Source: the human T2T-CHM13v2.0 reference genome, Homo sapiens
Assembly: GCF_009914755.1 (NCBI RefSeq)
Contig: NC_060931.1
Direction: 5' to 3' (one strand)
DNA: 64,000 bases
This document shows, piece after piece, positions 58,254 through 64,000 of the stretch; the first letter of the stretch is position 1, and each line of letters begins with the position of its first letter. A program made the translations under genes and the position numbers. Under the pieces are notes generated by a model that was not told the origin of the DNA, did no database searches, and worked only from the letters and a program-made list of their open reading frames with translations.

Positions 58254-58255
58254 CA

Positions 58256-59062
58256 TGTGAACCCTGAAAATTTGATACAGGTCTCAGTTAATTTAGAAAG
58301 TTTATTTTTCCAGGGTTGAGGATGAGCACCCGTGACACAGCCTCAGGAAGTCCTGTCAACATGTGCCCATGGTGGTTGGGGCAGAGCTTGGTTTTATACA
58401 TTTTAGGGAGACAGGAGACATCAATCAATATACGTAAGAAGTACATTGGTTCAGCCCAGAAAGTCAGTGTATTATTCTGTTTTCACGCTGCTGATAAAGA
58501 CATACCCAAGACTGGGCAATTTACAAAAGAAAGATGTTTAATTGAACTTACAGTTCCATGCAGCTGGGGAAGCCTTACAATCATGTCGGAAGGCAAGTAG
58601 GAGCAAGTCACGTCTTACCTGAATAGCAGCAGGCAAAGAGAGAGCTTGTGCAGAGAAACCCCCATTTTATAACCATCAGATCTCATGAGACCCATTCACT
58701 GTCACGAGAAGAGCACGAGAAAGACTCACACCTATGATTCAATCATCTCCCACCAGGTCCCTCCCACAACACGTGGGAATTATAGAAGCTACAAGATGAG
58801 ACTTGGATGGCGACACAGAGCCAAACCATATCAGGCAGGGACAACTTGAAGCAAGGAGGGGGCTTCCAGGTCCCAGGTAGGTGAGAGACAAATGGTTGCA
58901 TTCTTTTGAGTCTCTGAAGGCGGTAATCAAAATCTTCATCTATCTCAATGAGCAGAGGGATGACTTTGAATAGAATGGGGGTCAGGTTTGCCTTGAGTAG
59001 TTCCCAGCTTGACTTTTTCCTTTACCTTAGTAATTTTAGGGCCCCAGGATTTTCCTTTCACT
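58256..59062 (-). mobile_element. MER4A 5' LTR, split by THE1
   Basis: Paralog of 51172-51618. Confidence 0.92.
58468..58833 (-). mobile_element. THE1 (B-like) solo LTR
   Basis: tgtatta...gctgataaagacatacccaagactggg...ccaaaccatatca. 5-bp TSD gtcag / ggcag. Confidence 0.93.
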
Positions 59063-59446
59063 AGTGTATACTTTAAAACAGTAAATTTTATGTTATGTGT
59101 TTCACCATGATAAAAAAAAAAACAAAAAACTCACCACAAAGAACAAAGAAAAAAAGACAAAAAGGCACCTATAACAAGAATGATTTTTTTCTAGGCATCT
59201 TAAAGATCAAATGATAAAGGAGGGTAAAAACTCTGCATATTTCAAATAATTTTATCTAAAATTATATTTTACCCTAGAGACAGCTAGTTTAAATCTAGCA
59301 TAGTTTTAGGCTGTTAGTAAGCATTTGGTGAGTGTGGAAAAGAAGGAATAAAATCATTAACATAGAGTCTATTTTTAACATTAAAAAGCAAAACAAGATT
59401 TTAAAGAATCAGGAAAAATATAACAACATTAATTTTACAAATTTAA

Positions 59447-59553
59447 CCTCCCCTCTCCTCTCCTTCCCCCTTCTCCCCTCCCCTCTCCTTCCCCCTTCTC
59501 CCCTCTCCTCCCCTCCCCTCCTTTCCCCTCTCCTCTCCTGTCCTTTCCTCTCC
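59447..59553 (+). repeat. (CCCCT/CTCCT)n polypyrimidine tract
   Basis: Nearly pure C/T for about 105 bp. Confidence 0.92.
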
Positions 59554-60873
59554 TGCAACTGTTAAGCAACCTAACAATCCAGCTACTTTTCTCATCTGAG
59601 CTTTCATGAACTAGAATTGTCTGAAACAAAACTCCCAGCCTCAAGGATATAATTATTTGGAAATTGACCCATCTCCACAGTGATCAGCATTGATCTCCAC
59701 AGTGTTTAGCCTAAACCTCAACAAAGCAGCAACAAACAGTGTGCTATAACATGATTTCAAATTCTCAAATAAAACACTCTTAGAGGACTAAAAATTTCTA
59801 CATATTAAAAAGCTAATATTTTTATCACAAAAAATATAACTGGCCTTTTTTACTTCCCCTGAACCCAAATTGAGAAAAAAAAAATGTTAGTTTCTAACAA
59901 ATTAGATAAAATTGATTTGCAGGGGTGGCTAAAGTTCTTATTAAGAACAGCTCATTCCCGGCTTGCAAAGTTTCTGTTTAACAGATGTTTTCTGCCAAAG
60001 AATTTATTGCATATTGTAATTGGTGCATATAACTCTATACTAACAATGGCACATTAATTATTTTTATATGAATTATCTAATTTTTCTGCCTATGTTAATC
60101 AACATATTTGGATAATTTCAATATCCACTTTGGTTTTTAATTATATAAATTCGTCATATAAACAAACTTTTGTCTGGTCCTTAACTGCATAATGTTAACT
60201 CTCTTGACTTTATAAATAAATGTGTTAGGCAGACAGGGCAGACGTTACTGTCCTTGCTTTTTTTTTCTCCAAAAGAAACAATTTCAGATTTTATCTTCTA
60301 TGAAGTAGCCCCAAAGACTCAGTCCTAGTCTAGAACTCTTTTTATTACATTATCCATTCTAATTCTAGGATTCACTCTTTTTTTTGTTCTTGTTTGGTAT
60401 TGTAAGAAACATTTTCAGTGACTTCGAAGCAACATATCTTTATCACTAAAAGTCTGGAAATAGAGAACTGCAGTAAGGATATAAGACTCAGCTTTAACCT
60501 CATCACTTAGAGAATAATTACAATTAAGAATAATTTTTAGAAGCAGCACACCTTCAGCCTTTTTATATAATCCTAGGGAGATCAAAATTGACACATATAT
60601 GATATGTCAAAAAAAGGGCACCATAACCAAACAAAACTTCCATCTACTTCAGGTTTAAAAATGTCTCTGGTAAATATTGTCAATTCAAAATGTAAACTTT
60701 CTACCAGTCCCTCTTAAGATGTTCCCTCCTTCCATTTCAAAGTGACTTTTGAGGTCAGAAGTAAGTTTATGTATCCTTTTCCACTGTAGGGAAGATTCTG
60801 AAGGATTTTCCTCTTGCTGGAGGCTCCTTCTGACATCCAATTGAAGTATATCTCATTCATCCTGTTAGCATCT

Positions 60874-61711
<838 letters not shown>

Positions 61712-62254
61712 GCACCTAACACACAGCAGCTCATGCAACTCCTGGACTATTCTCTTCTATTCTCTTGGTCACTTCCAGAAAGCACTTGCGTTTCTCTTCC
61801 CAAGTAGACTCATAAGTTTGGCTCTTGATGGACCTGCTCTAGTATAGCCACATCCTTCATCAGAGTATCAGTCCAAGGTTATCCACCCCTCTCTTGAGCA
61901 ACCAGTCGGGTAACAAATCTTCCACTAGGTGACATAAGAAATAGACCTCCTCCACAATATGCCAATGTATTGGGCTTGCTAATAATCACACTATTTCTAA
62001 ACTGCTGTTTATCCTCATATTAGCTTATGCTTCACAAAGGCTTGACTTTTTCTTTCCCTGAGAAGTGAGGAGTAATCTCTCCATGCTTTAGAATCTTCCC
62101 AAATTATTATGTTGATATCAGCACCATTCCTTGTGTGGAGGAAGGATAATCATATCAGATAACTTGTTCTTGGCTGATTCTCTCCCCTAAATCTTCTGAG
62201 TCTTGGAAGAGCATCCTTCTACCCTTTTTTCTCTCACTACCTTTATATCATATA

Positions 62255-63343
62255 CAGGCAGCTTTCACTTTATACAGAGGCAGAGTACCATAAAAATGAC
62301 AATGCAAAACAAGATCATGCAAAGCAATCTTAATAATCAGTTGGAAAATTGTGATTGCTCCCTGGCATTTAAAAATTTGTGTTAAAAATATCAAAAGCTT
62401 TTTATTGTCAATTACAAATGTATAGGGAATGACAACAATAATAAAGCTGTTATTTATTTAGCACAGTGTAAATGACAAAAATCGGAAACACTGAGACCTA
62501 AAACGTTTTATTTATTTGTAAAAAAACAAAACAAAACAAAACAAAAAAAACTTGTTGAGTAGTTTGGACAGATTGTCTTCTTTTACTTTTCATAACTTAT
62601 GATAATTAGTGAACACTTTAACCATGCCTTCAAAATCGTTATATTTCTTTCTAAGTATGGAACAGCTCCAACATTTTCTCCTTTGCACCCTCGATGTCAT
62701 GAAATATCTCCAAGAGTTCCTTTAATGTGAAGATTTCTGCTGGTGTCAGTTCCTCTGGGACATCTTCATCCTTTTTGTCAAAACCTCTTTCCTCATTTCT
62801 GTCGGTAAGTTCACCTTCACTCAGTTCCTCAGGCTATGTATATAGTCTCTCCAATGGCAGCAGTGTCAACACTCCCACAGCCAGCTCTTTCTTTATAACT
62901 CCATTCACTTTCAATTAGAATTTCACTTCCAGCATTATCCCGTTTTGTTTCGTTGCTGCACTTTTATCTTTTTTGGACATTTCTCTTGTTGGATTATATA
63001 TTTTTGTAAAATGTAAGATGGCTTTATCATCGGGAGACCAGGAGGAAACACAATCACATGCTTTGCTGTCTGTACATGAACATGCAGTTGCACAGAGCCC
63101 AGTCACTGACAGATTGTGAAAGAAGTAATGTGATTGGCCACTGATCATGATGCACATCTTCTACATAGTGAAATGTGGACTGAAGAACTAGTGGTGAAGT
63201 TTATGTTTTACCCGATTACTCATAATTAATATACCATAGTGACTAAAATTTAAATCATGTTTCCAGGGGACTGGTGTCATTTAACTAAACTGTGGTATCT
63301 GGAATTCCTGCATATCAGAACTGTGCCAAAAGAAGTTTGCCTG
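62255..63343 (-). mobile_element. TcMar-Tigger element (tentatively Tigger13a-like) with both ends
   Basis: Termini TA-caggca... / ...tgcctg. The reverse strand translates to an acidic transposase-tail remnant, EELSEGELTDRNEERGFDKKDEDVPEELTPAEIFTLKELLEIFHDIE. Confidence 0.8.
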
Positions 63344-63599
63344 TGCTTTTCTTACCCTAGGTGGCCTTCACACTCCTGTCTCCAGAGGCTATAAATGTAG
63401 TGCAACTGCAGAGAAAGAAACTGAACTAGGGAAAAGAAAAATCATTAGAAAGTAGTTGAAAAATACTGACTTTATTTTATTAAAATATTGTTGATACATA
63501 CATAGTTGCTTAACATAGTGTTTATGACTTTCACATTATTAATATTTACCAACATGACTTTATGACTGCATAATATTTCATCAGACAATAATAAATTTT

Positions 63600-63835
63600 A
63601 CTGTTTCTAGGTACCAGATACTGTCTCAAATGCTTATAGTATTATCTAATTTAATGCTCTTAATATTTTGAGATGGGTACTATTATTACCTATTTCATTT
63701 CAAAAATTACAAAATCAAGGTACAAAGAGATTAAATTCATACTCAAAGATGTACATCTTACAAGTGAGAAGCTATGATTTGAATTCAAGCAATATGATTC
63801 TAGTGCCCTGTCCTCCTTTTTACTAGGCTATACTA
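63600..63835 (-). mobile_element. MIR
   Basis: gggtactattattacctatttca...agagattaaattcatactcaaag...gatttgaattcaagc. Confidence 0.65.
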
Positions 63836-64000
63836 CAATATTACTTATTCATTCTAAACCCTTTAGTTGAGTACTTAGACTTTTTTCCTGCTATCTTTAT
63901 ACAGAAATCTTTGTATACATTCATGATTTTCCTTTAGCAAAAAAGAAAGAAAAATCCATGACTTGAATTACTGCATCAAATTTTATAGGTCTTTTCAAGG

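Overview
AT-rich, repeat-dominated mammalian genomic DNA, almost certainly human: a near-consensus AluYa5 lies at 52114-52435. No protein-coding gene, RNA gene or CRISPR array can be supported. The longer supplied ORFs are broken L1 ORF2 remnants, Alu/LTR read-through or chance ORFs. The window looks like a large intron or lncRNA/intergenic region. Its main content is: three primate L1PA insertions plus a 90-bp stub and older L1MA/MB/MC fragments; eight Alus and one Alu monomer; a complete CpG-rich LTR12C (ERV9) solo LTR at 26858-28262; a two-LTR non-coding MER4-group provirus at 51172-59062 with a tRNA-Arg PBS, a PPT and nested THE1, LTR8 and AluYa5 inserts; MER50, MER92, MER9, MER21 and MST LTRs; and several DNA-transposon fossils (MER2, MER58, Charlie, MER102, Tigger). 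The most interesting candidate is the 27-29.4 kb block: an LTR12C promoter, a 33-bp x3 motif-rich repeat, and a unique stretch with good splice sites on both strands. I found no convincing novel biological system. Subfamily names come from remembered consensus sequences and need RepeatMasker/Dfam confirmation.
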